Positions 22,085 through 37,400 of a stretch of 64,000 nt of DNA are shown here, one piece after another. The notes beneath the pieces were generated by a model. The model was not told the DNA's origin and made no database searches. It saw only the letters and a list, made by a program, of their open reading frames with translations. Numbering within the stretch: the first letter of the stretch is position 1; each line of letters starts with the position of its first letter. The stretch is taken from assembly GCA_051362555.1 (NCBI GenBank), contig CM120640.1:40402788-40466787 (forward strand), given 5' to 3'. Made by a program: the position numbers and the translations under genes. This DNA is from Lingula anatina. Taxonomy: Eukaryota > Animalia > Brachiopoda.

Positions 22085-22275
22085 ACCCGCGCGCCTTCCT
22101 TTCCTTGACCTGACCTTGACAACGGTGGAGTTACCGTTGTCAAGGAATGACGTATAGTCACGTGATATAAATTAAACATGGCGGTTGCTGTATAATCCAT
22201 AAACACTCGGCTTATAAATGTTTAATTAAAAGCTGTTGTGCTGTATTACTGCACAGTTCAGTAAATATGATGTAA
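22085..22275 (+). promoter_or_regulatory. Probable TTLL7 promoter and non-coding first exon
   Basis: CpG-rich patch, 13-bp inverted repeat with RFX-like half-sites (22114-22145), E-box TCACGTGA (~22158), YY1-like ACATGGCGG (~22176) and a GTAAGT donor at ~22272. Confidence 0.5.
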
Positions 22276-22968
22276 GTAGGTATTTTAAATATTGGCTTTT
22301 ATATCCTTTGAGGTGCAGAAATGCTATCACAAAGGAACGTTTTGATCACGTTTTACATCGATTTTGAAGCTAATCAGACTCGGATTGTATATTCGTGATC
22401 GTTTAATACTAATATACACGTACTAGTAACATTACCCTGTTATATTATTTACTAAACTAAGCTTGTGACATGGGTGCAAAATATAGCATATGGATATGCA
22501 TCCAGTTTAATAAATGTGGTAAAACGAATGATTTTTACTAAAGTTTCATTGAGGTTTTTCACTTGAATGCTGTAAGTCATTCCATTACTTTAATTTTAAA
22601 CAAAGTCAACCTGACAGTGTCAGTGACCAAATACAATAATTATCTGCTATTTTGACAATGAGTGTATCATATTTATAAGCCAAATGACTAATTTTACTGG
22701 TACGTACAGAGTAAAACATAAACATGTAAAGTACACTTAAGTTTAATTCATTTTTCATATATTTATCTTGCTGAAGTTACATGTACTCTGCAACCAGAAC
22801 TTACAAATGTTAAATAGCAGAGGAAGGACTTAAAATGCATATTTATATTGTACAGTAGTGATACGCACAACCATTTTATAAAAAATAATTATTCCATTGA
22901 ATGTATTATTTTAATTTCAAGGGGACATGATAGTCACAGGTAATTAGGACTCAACTGAAGTGATCAAG

Positions 22969-25900
22969 ATGCCTGTAACAGATCAAGGTGGGAACCCCAG
23001 ACTGCAGACCAGTCTTGGCTCACTCCTTGATAGAAGTGGAGGTAGGCAGACTACTATATGTCAGGGTGGCCATTTTTCCTCTTACATGTATTATAAGCTA
23101 ATTTCCTTTTTTTCTACAAATATTTATTCAATAATACTGTAAATGAGTAGGGGTGAAAGAAATGACAATTATTAGTTTTATTCCCTGTCAGGCTGTCATA
23201 GGTGTTTACAATGCTAAACTAGCACAACCTGTCTTAGCTACAGCAGTTATAACTTTTCTATCTGCTTTTCTGAACATCATCATCAGTGTTATTGTAAGTT
23301 AAAGGCATAATAACTCTTTGTATGAGACCTATATTTCACAATAAAAACCTTGTGAATAACTCATAGAAATATAATATATTCTGTTTTACCACAAAAACAG
23401 CAGTTATAGCTTTTATTCTGATATTTGAACTTGTCTTTAGACCACGTGACCTCCATTGATGTCTATACTCTGTTAAAATCTCTTAAGAGATTTTAACAAA
23501 AAACCAAACTTTTTAGAAAAAAACCAGGGACTAACTTTGAATGTAAAAATGGATTCATTAACCATTGATAAGTATGGGAAAATTGTTGTTTACTCCAGGA
23601 AAATTCATTTTTTGGCCGAAACGAAGAGTTATTATTGCTTTAAATCAATTGTCAAAAGTTTACATGTCCCCATTCATTTGTATTACAATCCTTGGCACCT
23701 AAGACTAAATAACTGGCCAGTGTTTGCAGAGGCTAACAGGTATTACATGTATAACTTGCAAAGGTTATATTCTTTAAACAAAGTCATGAAGAATATATTT
23801 TTAAAAGAATGTCTGACTTAGTGTTTGAATTTGTATTATTATAGACACTTCTGGAAGTCATACCCTGATGAAGCACATGTCAATGGTGCCCTATGCACAC
23901 CAGTTGAGTGAAAGCCGTATGTCAGGCAGGAGTGGAGATACAGGAAAAAACAAGAAGAGAAGGAAAAAGAGAAACCCTGTGACAGCTAATTTAGCTGGAA
24001 CCAGATATGAAGTCGGTCAGTTTATGGGCTACTGTTTGAAGTATAGCCACGCTTTTTTTCCATAAAAGAATGTTATTGATAGTTGTGAGAAAAAAGGTAG
24101 AGAAAGAAAGAAAGAAAGAAAGAAAGAAGAGAAAACGTAATGCAATACATACTGACAAAATGAAATAAAAAAAATAGAAAAGGAAAAAAAATAGGAAAGA
24201 AAGAAAAGGAAAAATGCTATATAATACCAACTGACTGAATGGACCGAAAAATGCAAAGTCATAAAAACAGTGTTATTCCCTTTTCCATCATTATGTGAAA
24301 AACAATGAATTATTTTCTTTTTTGTTTATAGTGAGGGAAATGGTTGAGAAGAATGGTTTTCATGTTAGCAGAGATGATGACCCTAACAGGTACACATAAT
24401 TATTTCCACTGTGGTGATATTAACTGAAATCAACAGTGTACAACAACTTGTAAATGCTCTCTGTCATACTCTTGTGATACTATTATGATAATTGATTAAA
24501 ATAAAAATTAGCCAGCTACTGTAAAACATTCCTTTCTGTTTTTATTTCCAGCTTTCTTTTATGGTTTGATAGTTTTGTATCCACAGAGAAAATTTCGGAA
24601 TTGAAGGTTTTCCAAAGGATAAACCATTTCCCTGGAATGGGAGAAATTACCAGGAAAGACAGCTTGGCCAGGAACATGGCAAAGTAAGTTGTTGGTTGAG
24701 ATAAGATGTATTAAGATGAAAAACAAAAGTGATATCAAAATTACTGGATTACGGAATAAGAAATTTGCAGTAGACAATTTGGTATATTGTGACGAGTATA
24801 TTTTTAAATTCAGCTGTTAAACTACAATAACAATTATATACTAATTGTTAATGTAAATTTTTTTTAATGAATTGATAAGATTTGGCAAGTGGAAATTTTT
24901 TACCTTGGTATTGCAAGTTATTTCATCTTTTAGCAATATCAAGTATAAATGTGGGACTGTGTAGAAAGGGAGATAGTTTTTCTTTTTGATCTTTTCATAA
25001 GCTTTTTCAAAAATGTTTTACTTAGTTGAAGAATTCAAATGGTTTTAAATGAGATTTTTTTTTAAGTTATGATTTTTTTCTTAATTTCATTCCTTTTATG
25101 TGAATGATAAAGTAAAAATAAAAAAAAAAACATAATTTGGGTAAATTTGTTTTCAGAATGTGCAAGCTTCATCCTGATGAATATAATTTTGTGCCAAAGA
25201 CATGGATCCTACCGGCAGATTATTCAGTTCTGCAAAATTACGCCAAAGATCTTAAAGCCAAGAAAAAACATCGGACATTTATTGTGAAGCCATCAACTGG
25301 GGCCCAGGGTCATGGGTAAGTGGTTGATAAACTAAAGCACAGAGTTTACCCCTTCATTTTACAGTTTTGCAGACTCCCAATATTAAAGACCTTTTATTTG
25401 AACCTACCATTTTTTCCTACGATAATGAAATAGATATTACCCTGCATGTTTCCTGTACATTCTTGGTAATTTGATTCAAGTGCATAATAACTTTAAGTTT
25501 GAGCTCATTAATTCAATGAGAGACCCAGTAAACAGTTACCATATCACATCATCAATTTGATATAACTATTTCCAGGATTTCACTGTATAAAAATGCAGAG
25601 AAGATTCCTCAGAGTGAACATTTCATTGTACAAGAGTATCTTGACAAGCCCTACCTCCTGGATGGGTATAAATTTGATCTCCGGATTTATGTGCTGATGA
25701 CCTCCTGTGATCCACTAAGAATCTTCTTGTTTAATGATGGTCTGGTCAGGCTTAGCACAGAGAAATACATTCCTCCTCATGATTCAAACATAGTAAGTAT
25801 TGATATTTTAATATTAAAGCTTAGATTTTATCACATTAGAGATTTCAAAGAATATTACACACTCAAACTGCATGATCAATATGTAAAAATAATAATAAAG

Positions 25901-28900
25901 AAAAGCAATTTGTATATATAATATGTAATTTATAGAAGTAAATTTTGACACTCAATGTGAAAATGGTTAAACATGGTGATTTATTGCATCTTTAATGTAT
26001 TGTCATTTACAATAAATTGTGATGAAAATCTGTTACAAACTATTTTTTGTTCAGGGAAAAATGTTCTAAACTTTTTTTTTCTTTTTGCAGGATTCATTAT
26101 TCATGCATTTGACCAACTACTCTTTGAACAAGCACAGTGAGAATTACGAAAAAGATCAGAATGAGGATACAGGAAGCAAGAGAACAATTAGATATCTCAA
26201 TGAATATCTACGGAAAGAGGACAAAGATGTGGCCTGGCTATGGAAGAATATTTCTGATGTGATTATAAAGACACTTATTGTGGCAGAGCCTCATATTCTT
26301 CATGCCTATAGAATGTGTAGACCCGGGCAACAGGCAGGATCTGACAGTGTGTGCTTTGAGATTTTAGGGTTTGACATTTTCCTGGACAGGAAACTAAAGC
26401 CTTGGCTTTTAGAAGTAAGTGCACTGGCTAGGGTCATTATTAATGCTCAACAGGACTAATTAATAAACAATATCTTTGTATCATAGTTTTGATTACATGT
26501 CACATTTTTTGTCAAATTAGATTAAGATGATTTTATTTTTAACAATGATACAGTATTTTATAATGGTTAGCATTAGAAGGCAAGACTGATACCCTGCAAT
26601 TTTTGCAAAAGTTCAGTTTACAGTTTAGGTGGAATTGGTAAAATATGGCTATGATCAAAACTTTCTGTTTGTTTTTTTTTTCAGTAAATAAATAAATAAA
26701 ATAATTCATTAATTAAAAAAGACAGAGTTAACATTTTTACCTTGTTTTTGTAATTTAAAGAACAATTATTCCTACACTGTTAGTGCATACTTAATATTCA
26801 TCAGTAAAAAGTGAAATTAACAACAATAACAATAAAAAAGGAATTTTCACAATTTACATTTCACTGTCTTTGTACTTTGCAGATCAACCGTTCTCCCAGC
26901 TTTGGTACAGATGAGGCTCTGGATTACAGGATCAAGTCTGGCCTACTGGAGGACACACTGAGACTGCTCAATGTCAAGTAAGGGAGGGTGCTGCATGTAT
27001 TTCACTTAACCCGTTGATCAATTCACATATTATTTTATTTATCTTTGCAATCTGATTATTATATTCCTATTAAATTAGTTCACAGGAGACCTTTATGAAA
27101 ATAACTTTGATGCTCATATTACATGTGATCATACATATATGTTTAATGTATTTTAAGCACACATAGGCTCCAAAACTTAACCAAAAAGTTTTATTGAATC
27201 ATTATTTTAGGTATTTTCTATTAACTTTTTAAAGGCAAGAAAAATTATATTCTTCCATTTAGGGCTAGTGATAAACGTAAGAACCTGGCAGCTCAGAAAG
27301 CAGAATCCCAGAAGAGACTCTTCCAACAGCCCAGCAGAAAGTCTGATATCATGGATTTGAGTGATCTGGAAAAGAAAAAATTATCAACAGAGAGAAGAAA
27401 AGAAGAATTGGTTAGTAATGACACTATTAGATAATAGAGAATAAGCCTCCAAATACTGTATATAAAAATGTTTTTCATACCATAATGTACCTTGAATTTA
27501 TGTAAAAATACAATTTACCATTAAAGGTAGACTCTCAGGCCGTAGCATACAGGGGAGATAGTAATATATTTGCTGTAGTCTTGAGTGAAGAGAAGCCAAA
27601 TTTTGAGAAAATTAAAAGCTGGCATAACTGAAGTTAAATATCACATAGATATACACATTCACAACGACAACCTTGCCTCTTCCAGAAAGGACTTCTCAGC
27701 AGAATCAGGAAGGATGCAACAAGGGAAGATTTCGAGAACAGAAACTGTGGACGTTTTCGAAGAATATTTCCTCCTGATGACAAATTCCATGCTGACAAGT
27801 TCACTAATCTCCTTACCAGTGCATTCAGTACCTTCCTGTCAGGGAAAGCTACTACGCTGACTAAGGAGATCGAGAGGACATATAACAACAAGCTAAAGGT
27901 ATATAGAAGTACATGTGAAGCTGGTTTGATCTGTATATGTATGTGTATAAATATAGGTAGGTGAAAGATAACTCTCTTTGGGAGTTTTGTGCCTGTAATG
28001 TTGAGTATAACATTATACCAGGTAGCTGTCACTGTTGTAAGTGGCAGCGTAAACCAAAAAAAAAAAAAAAAAGAAAAATTAATATAAAGTTAATAATCAT
28101 AGCCAGAGTACAATTTTTTCCCAATTATATCTTTCATTTTTGCACATTTGATTCATTTGTACTAAGTAGCTTTTGCAGATGTTGTAGTAGATTTTTTATT
28201 TGCAAATTTTAGATTCCATCATTAGTCGGTACGGACTTGACGGTTAGTTGCTTGCACACTGAATTTCTTGTTTATTTGCTTATTCTTTTATTCCAGCATG
28301 CTGGTATCAGATTTATTTATTTATTTATTTTTGTGTGATTATGAGGATGCATGCAATTTAATTTATATAGAATTGACTTATATATTTGCTCTACCTTTAA
28401 GTGCATGTGTCTATTTACATACAGTGTATTACACATGAAATTTATAGGTGCATACAAATGTCTTCACTTCTAGAATTTATATTTCGTAATGTTGTGCGAA
28501 TATATATTTCCCATTGTGTCATGACCAAGGTTCAAATGTTTGTTTGTAAGTGCATGATATGAACAGCCTGCATGTAAAAGACATCAGCTAAAATATTTGG
28601 AATATAAATGTAAAACTTATCAGTATTAACATGGCAGATATGCTTACCTGCTACACAGCACATAACTGATGAGTAAAACTTATTCTCAGCATTATTCAAA
28701 TGTTTGTAACACTTTTTTCATATAGTGTATTCATGCATTCTTTTCAATCTTATTATTTGTTTTTCTAACAGAAATAGATGTGTAAATTAATTTATCAATA
28801 TCTGTATGCTGCCAGAAAGAGAAAGAAATAAAGAAAGATAAAAAAAAGAAATAATAGGCCTACCACCAATATCAGTCATTATAAATGTTGTCCAGACAAA

Positions 28901-31900
28901 TAGTGCTCAGGTGTTATGTTGATGAATTGAGGTTCATGTATAGAGAAATAGTATGAATATAACTATTACAACCGTGTGTGAACCATTTCATATCCATACA
29001 TTTCCAGGAGGCAGATATTTTGGACATGTTGGCTCAGTGTGAGGCAGATGAGAAGGAAGGAAGAATAATGCCACAAAGCAGACAGAGGGGACCGGCGGTA
29101 AGTTGTTTCACTTTGTAATTATTCAGACTCTTAAGTTCTTTAATAAGAATTGATGTCTTTTTTTTGTGAATATGTGGAGAAATATATTGTACTAGTACAA
29201 AATCTTAAACCTGCTTTTGTGAAGGTTTTGAAAAAATTCAGAAATACAAAGTTTAGGAAACAAGTTGTCCAGTCCAAAATGTTTTTAATTTTTAACAAGT
29301 AAATTGCTTTAGTGTAAGAAAAAATGTGTACAACATATTATTTCAACTACAAAACCATTTGGCAATAGTAATGAATATATCAGAACAAAGTAATGTTTTG
29401 TCTTTTTATTAGATATTACATTACATCCTGTGTTAGTAGAATAGATCTAGCGCAAATAACAATAATTGATGACGTAGTTTAGAGTAGAACTCAAAGTTGA
29501 CTTACAATAATTTTGTCTAAAAAGTAACTGGTAATGACTTAACAGTATTTATATGGTTTATTATTGGTAACCTTTAGTGAAATATGTAGATTAAATCTTT
29601 TATATTACTCATATATTATAGATAATTGGAACATTGTGTTATCGCACAGGAAGCTTGGCAAGCATATTTTATTTTATATTTATTTGCTGTGGCCGTTGAA
29701 ATGCCAGCTTTTTCACAAATTCACAAATATTAACATTCCCCTGATATGTTTTGTCTGCATGGAATAAATTCACTAATTTTACTGTGTTTTTATACTCATG
29801 GATATGAAATATATATAAGCATTCTGATTTAAGAACCAAAAATCAACAAAATTTCACCTTTTATTTTAAATTATTTGGAAGCGCAGCTACAATATCAATC
29901 ACCAGGCACATTCACATTCATTTTCCATTTTTAGAAGTCACTCATGAAATGTCTTCACGTGTGCTTCACTTGAGCATTAGTAAATTTGTAATATGAGTGG
30001 GGGAGGAGGAGGCTCAATTAGGACTTCACTTAGTTAAACTTATTAAAATTTTAAAAGCATGACTTATTTTACCAGATTACCAAAGTTCATAGTGGCTACA
30101 CCCTTTTTTAAACCTACTGGTAGTGTTAAGAATACATGTCCTCTGGTGTGGTCAGTTTGGCAGTTTATGGTCAGTAGGGCAGCTTGAGAGTCAATCTGCT
30201 TCTGTGAGACATTCAATATCATCTCAGAATATCACATTGAATGCATTGTTTACAGTATAACAGCATAATTGTCACCTTGAGAGGTGCTTAATTTGTCACC
30301 AATTCACTGCTATCATGTTATTGCTTGTAAATCTTTGTGTCACAGAAATCATATTTGCTTTATGACTGTATTTTTGTCAGACGTGCCTTATTTAAAAAAA
30401 ATGCATGGAGTATTATTATTATTATTATTATTAACTGTTATTATTGTTCATATTTTAGATATGTTAGATGGATTTACATGAATAGAGCAATGATTAATTA
30501 GTACTCCTATTGTTTTTTGTTTTTTATGCACATATTAAACCAACTATTCTTTACATAGTGTGAATATGATAACCTTAATTTCTTTGCCTTAAAATGATTT
30601 TTAAAATATGTATTTAGCTAAGCTAGTGTGTAGTAATTCAGCTTAGATTTGTGGCTAATTTAATACATAATATTAAGTGTGAAATAGTTCTCTTAGCACA
30701 AGCAGTGAAAAAAGTTTACAACATTTGCTTGAATTGGTGACCTTCCCAAACACAATGATAAGACTGCCATCCTTATTGGGAAAGCACAAAGCAGAGTAAA
30801 CAGAAGGAGTTGAATTACCCATACGTATGCATGCTCTTAAACAGGGTCTGGACAGAAACATCACCTGGTGGTCAGTCATCTAAACATCAGTTTGGGGAGG
30901 GTCATCAACTGTAAAGGCTACAAGCTGTGTTTCACAATAGATAATTTTTTTCTCTGCTTGTATATAAAGAACTCCTATTTGTATAATTTTCCTGACATTA
31001 CTTTAAAATTCCATTTTCCAGCCCTTGATGGGTATGCCATACTCAGTGCCAGTGGAGGAGACAGAGGGCACAGATACACACGAGTCTGAGGAAGATGAGG
31101 AGGGGGAGGACACAGACTCTGGGACACACCTCCAGGGAAGGTCAAGGCCTGTGTCAGGGGCATTGCAGAATGGAAGAACTGGCAGTAGGCCTGTCTCAGG
31201 TGAGAGACTTCTGTCATGCAGTGCGGGGAATATAGATTTGCTTTCATGTTGGTGGCGCATGTTATGGGTTGGATTGTTTAACTTGAATGTATTATGTTGA
31301 TTAAGTTTAATGAAGAACTTGACACATAAAAAAGGATCAGTTAACAAAAACACAAAGAATATGATTAACTATTTCTGTATAAACAACAACTCTCTGTAGA
31401 ACTTAGGATAAAACATAAATCTTACTGTCAGTACAAATGTGAATCGTGGTCTTTTTTTCATATTTCACATCTTAATTAAATATACAACAACACATCAAAT
31501 GTAACACCAAGCTGCACTTTCCAGGCCGCCCAACATCTGGTCATCAGTCCCGCCCTCCAACACAGCAGAAGTCACCTGGGACTGCCACCAGGGCACGCTC
31601 CTTGTCCCGTCCACAGAGCGCCAGCAATAGGCTACCCAATGGGATACCTGTCTTGGTAGGTGTATTTTTATACGTTTGTCGTTTTTTTTTTTTTTTTCAC
31701 CCCTTAGCCTAAGTTTCAACCCCACAGTTGGTCAGTTTGCTTGTTCATTTTTAAATTTCCAAAGATTAAGATTTGGAAATGGAAAAATTGGCATAATGTA
31801 TTTGAAGCTCAGCTAGGGAAGTCTGACCAGGTACAGTTGTATCTACAAAGAATTATTTATCTGACATGAGGAGGTCAACAATGAAAAGATTGTGTTAATA

Positions 31901-34440
31901 TAAAGTGTTTTTGGATGCAGGTACAGTGCAGCACTGTACTCTCTTTTTATGAGAATAAATTTTATGTCTTCTCCATCCTTCCACACAACACAAATCACTT
32001 TGCATACAAAATCACAAGACAGGCACCAGATAAAGAAGGTTTGTAATTCGACTTATCTAGGCCAATCCCTTGTGATTAATTATTTTAAATCTAAGTCAAT
32101 TGATCTCTTGCGCAAGACAGAATAATCATTCAATCTATTATATAAGAAGTCATAATCAATTAGTATGGCACAAGTCACACAACTTTGATTGTTCCATATT
32201 AGATCAAATCTTTGGGGGTGTACTTTTCATATTGTAAGATTGCATTTTTTTCCGGAATGAACAAAAGCTTGTCAGCTAGTGTCATTAGTAAACATTCTCT
32301 ATTTCTGTGTCTGTTTCAACATTCTAGGAAGAAAGTGTGTATTCAACAGCTGCTAGAGACATGGAGGAGGACCTCACTAGAAAATCTTTGTCACTGCTCA
32401 ACGACATGAAAATAAAATTTCCTGGAAAAACTGACGAAGAAGCAGAGTGGATTCTTGACAAGGTTTGTGTGTTGAGTTTGATGCATAATTAATATACTTT
32501 TTGCTAGCTTTTTTCTTGTTTCCACAGTAGTTTCATATGAATGCATATGCACTTTTATTTTCGTTACTCATAGTGTACCACAATAACTAAGAATAAAACA
32601 TTTGTTCTAAAACCACCTTTCATGATCATTATGAAAACTGTCTCTATGATTATTTAAGCTTCATTGTGATAACTAGTTTATCTTTTGTTTGCAGATCCAA
32701 GAAAATTGGAAGTTTCACAAGCCCCGGATAGCTTCGTATTGGCTGGTAAAGTTGGATTCAATTAAAAGAAGAAAGGTAAGTTTATCATGACCTTTTTTAT
32801 TTTCATTTTTCCATTTTGTTTTATTATTATTATTATTTTTTGTTAATTCTGATAAACTGACGAAGCAAAAGGTAAGGTAATATGTATTTAAGTTTGGGGT
32901 GGGTTTTATTTTTAACTAAAACAAGTTCTGAACTCAACCAATACACCTGTTCATCTGTTTAAAATTCTGTCACCCTCTGCTCCAGGTTATAGACATTGTG
33001 CGTTCCAATGTGAGAGCTGTACTACAGAGGACGTGGAAGTGTCCTGATGTAGAGAGTCTACGACTATATCGTATATTCAATAGAGTATTCAACAGATTAT
33101 TATGGAGCCATGGGCAGGGGCTGTGGAACTGTTTTGGACAATCAGGGTAGGATTACAATTATTTGTAATTTTTTTTTATGTAAACTGATAGTGTAGATGA
33201 ATTGTAGATGGACCAATTTCTTATTTAGCGTTTGTAGCATTGTAAAAGATGGAAATGTTAGAAAAACTGATCAGTAGGACTTGATAATTTATTTCTAGGA
33301 CTAAAAGATAAGACATTTTTAACTGTGATCAAAAATGTGAGGGACCAAAAAAATACACCAATCTGCAAAAGGTACAGGTGATAAAGACTCAGCAGGAATT
33401 TTTTGGTAAATTATCATAACTTGTAATAAGAACCCTCATTTTGTCCCAATAGGAATTCCTGGGAGACAATCTTCAGCAAAAGCAGTGACAGCATCAGCAG
33501 CACAGAGATGAACTGTTGCAGGAGAATTGTACAGCTATGCCGAGACTGTTTGCTCATCGTGTACCAGTTTGCATCCGATGCCAAGAACTTGGCACAGCAG
33601 TCGTCTTCATTGAATGAAGAAACTGGGAGCACCAAAGCAAGGTAATTCTAATGGTGGTAACCCCCCCCCCCCCCCCCCCTCACACACACACACACCACCA
33701 CCACCACCACCACAGTATTCACTATACGGAGGCTGATTTGGATTGACTGCTGTATAGATTTGAAAAAATAATCACTTCATGAATTTTAAAAAATCAATAA
33801 ATTCAGAAATTTCCCTCATTGTTCATATCTATACATGCTCAAGTCCTTTCCCCTGCTTCAACATATGACTTGGATTGACTTCAGTTTTATGTAGTTGCAC
33901 GTGAAATCTGCTGTTTTTGCAACTCATATAAACAGCCATTTCTAATATATTCCACTATCAAATTTGCCAATAAACGGTGTCTTGTGTATTTCTATTAATA
34001 TAATCTAATAAAGTGCTAAGCATGGGCAATCTCATGTGGCATCAACACAAACATTGCAGCTCTTGGCTGTCAATTACTGTATGTCTATTTATGCCATACA
34101 AACGGTGCTTCAGTCTTTTTTTAAACTGAAAAAGTACTCTAAAATTATCAACTTGATTTCCATAAAAAAATTACATTGACGTATTCAGTATTGGGCTAAA
34201 CTTTCCATTCTCTTTCATTGTTCAGAAAAAGAAATTTGACCTATAGATATAAGATAGTTGTATGATAGTTTCAAGTGTCTCAGAAATCATTTGTTAACAT
34301 TTTACATCTATTCCTTCTATTTCAGCCCAAGAGCTTTATCAAGCCTAGAGAAAAGGACACAAACGTGGTCCCCAAACCAGACGGTCAGTCAGAGGGTGTC
34401 CAGACTTTACCCTCACAGGATGGACTCCACGCAATCTTGA
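22969..34440 (+). CDS. TTLL7: Tubulin polyglutamylase TTLL7, 889 aa; exons 22969-23041, 23845-24015, 24332-24389, 24552-24683, 25157-25315, 25576-25792, 26091-26414, 26883-26977, 27263-27410, 27686-27898, 29008-29097, 31022-31199, 31525-31655, 32328-32462, 32695-32775, 32986-33146, 33453-33641, 34326-34440
   Basis: TTL-domain motifs QRINHFPGMGEITRKD, FIVKP..GAQGHGI, VQEYLDKP..GYKFDLRIY, MHLTNYSLNK, CFEILGFDIFLD..PWLLEINRSPSF. C-terminal blocks typical of TTLL7 (FLSGKA, DILDMLAQCE, KIKFPGK, NWKFHKPRIASYWLVKLDS, RLLWSHGQGLWNCF). The 2670 nt read open through 17 phase-consistent GT-AG introns. Confidence 0.95.
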
Positions 34441-37400
34441 CCACAATCACTGTAAATACATTTACTGGTCATCCAAGGCCTAGTCAATTGCAAAACAGAA
34501 GAGAGATGTGTTCAGAACAATATCATACAATCATGTGATGAAAACTGTTTGTTCTGTTATATTTATTAATTAATTAGTATTCATACTAGCAAGTGGTATC
34601 ATTCCTAGACAGTTAGATCAGCATCTGTGATGTTTGTATACACGATCACTTTTTTAACCCATCTTGCAAGATTGACTTCTGGTACATGTACTGTACCAAC
34701 TATTTATCAGCTGACAGAATGAAACTGATGTGTTTCATATGCAAGCATATTATTATTATTGTTATTTTTTTATTAATTATTTATTTATTTATTTATTTTG
34801 TAGCAATGCATGATGTGCATCTTAAGCACAGAACATAATCCTTTTGATTGGCAATTTAATTGTATGAGGGAGAGGGGCTTATTTTTCCCCACTCTTTTTT
34901 GGTTATACTTTATGGAAAAGTGAACTTTTCAGTGGACCTTTTAACCCCCTTAGTTGACCTAATTCAAAAACTGGCATAAAAATAAGATAAACTCTTGATT
35001 CAGAGCAGATCTCTTCTGGCCTAAAGGACATGCAGTTCTTTCAACCCACCGACCCCCCCCCCCCCCCCTCTACCAATGTGCCTGTAAGTAAAGCTCTCAT
35101 AGAAGGGTTGTGATACTTAGTCTTTGAAAAAATCAAAATGTTTTTTTTTTTTTCATATTCTCTTTAAAGTCATGTAATTATTATTCCATATTTTCAGTCT
35201 GTAATGATCAAACTAAGAAGTAATGTTTTAGTAGACTTTTCTTAATTGGCTTCATGCGGGATATCTGTATATATAAATATATTTGTTAGGTTACGTTTCA
35301 CTTGCTTGAAATTTATATATATATCATTACACATTTGTAAACATGGGCTCTTGCAAAAATCATAATTGCAAAGATTTTTCTATAAAATGGCCATCCGTCC
35401 AGTTTTAGCTGTAGATTATGACCTTCAAGTGATTATTTGTAAAATGTTTTTTTTTTTTAATTAAATTTTGTAATTGGGAATGGAGGTGTCCATCTGTTAT
35501 AACAATTTTTTTAGTCTGGTGGCAAATTCTTGGAAAGAGATCTACATTTTGTAGACCTGTTTTAACTGTTTCAACATTTAAAAATCAACCAGTTGCCATT
35601 TAGTCATTTAAGGGTTGTTCACACATTGTGTGAGAAAAGTTTCATCTTACATGCTGTCAGGCAATACATTTAAATGATTTATATTGATCAGAAAATGTTA
35701 ATTTTTCCTTAAGTGAATGAAAAATAACTTGTGAATCTTATAACTAGCTGTGATAAGAAAGTTGGCTTCTCCAGTTGCCATAGTACCATACATAGCTTCA
35801 AAAAGCAGTTTTATTTATATACCCACAAATAATAGTTATTGATTTTGCATAGAATATTCTATCATAAACTATCTGCCATCATAACCTGTAGTAGTATTTT
35901 GCTGTATTGAAGCCATTGTATGTAAACTAAGCATGGTACATACTGGTGTGGTCCATAGCTGCTTCCATCAAGGTGGGTTAGGGGAGAGATTATTTTATAA
36001 CCCTATTATATTTTCAGCAAAATGATTTTTAAAATAAATATTGCTATTTTGTGAAGCAAATATTCTTATGGTTTGTAATAAATGCAGAAGAAAATTATTT
36101 CCATGCTGACCTTTGTTGATAAGTGGCATGAATAAGGCATGAAATAATTTTACTAGACTTTGGCAAGCTGCTGTTAAAGAAGCATTTCACTTACAGAAAA
36201 AAAAAACAGCTCGAGTTTTACTGCCATAAGTTTCAGTTTAGTTGAAAATGAATACAAAATTTATATCCAAACAACTCGACCTTTTATTGCCTTATCAGCT
36301 AGCTGGGGCAGTGATCTATGACTTCTTGCTTTGCCCATCATATACGAGTGGCTGCAACATTAATACGTTATCCAAATTTTCCCCATGGCTACCATAGCAA
36401 TGAATAATATGGGTTCATGTCCATAAAGCAAAACACTATCTACTTGTAGTCCTTGGTTGATTATTGAGGCATATTTTTAATTTGCAAAATGGCATCAATA
36501 AATTCAACCAACCTTGACAGACTTTATTTTCATAATGTAAGTGTACAAGTTTTAAATAATGACATGAATGTTTGAAATCGTTAGAAGCAAGTGCATGCAT
36601 GTTTGTGTGCTTATATATTGAAGCGTTTGCAATATTAACCAACTCATCAAAACAAAAAGTTGGAAATTGTTGATTAGGACCATTAATAACTTGATGGCAA
36701 TTATTTGGCTACTGTTATTTTAAAAGCAATTGGCAATTTTTATATGATCTTAAAACTCTCTCTAAAAACCACAATTTTTATGGAATCTGAAAGGAGACGC
36801 CCAAAGGATTGTCCATTTTTTAAAATTATTATTCTCTTTTCTCTTCTATATTTAGGCTGAGAGGAGAATTTTTTACCAAATTTTGAAGAAGTATGCAAGT
36901 TAAATCTCATCCACTTAGCAACTTTTCTGATTTTACAAAATTTGATCAAACTACTTCTAGCAAATGTCATTTTTAATTACTTTCAAATTTTTCCCAGAAA
37001 CTATAAAACTTAACTCCATTAACTACAAAAGACGGTCTTTCTGAAAATAATGCAAGCTCTATATTCCAATTTTCATAAAATTTAACCAACCAAGCACAGG
37101 TTTACCTGATTGAACTGCGTGTTTGAGATGGTTACAAGACATTCATCTAGTCAGAATATGTGCATCACTGCTGCAGACATTCTAAGATGTGGTAATTAGA
37201 ACTTGGCAACTGGGTTAGAGCTTTTTTTACAAACCCAACATAAAGAGTTAGCACAAAAGCACTTTGATTACTGCCTCAATGGCTTACAGCATGGCAATGC
37301 ATCAATGCCAAATGAACATTCTATCTGGCAAACCTTGGACAGTAAATTAATCTCTCCGTAACAATGGTGCTTTGCCTGCAGATGAATTAATTAAAAAACG

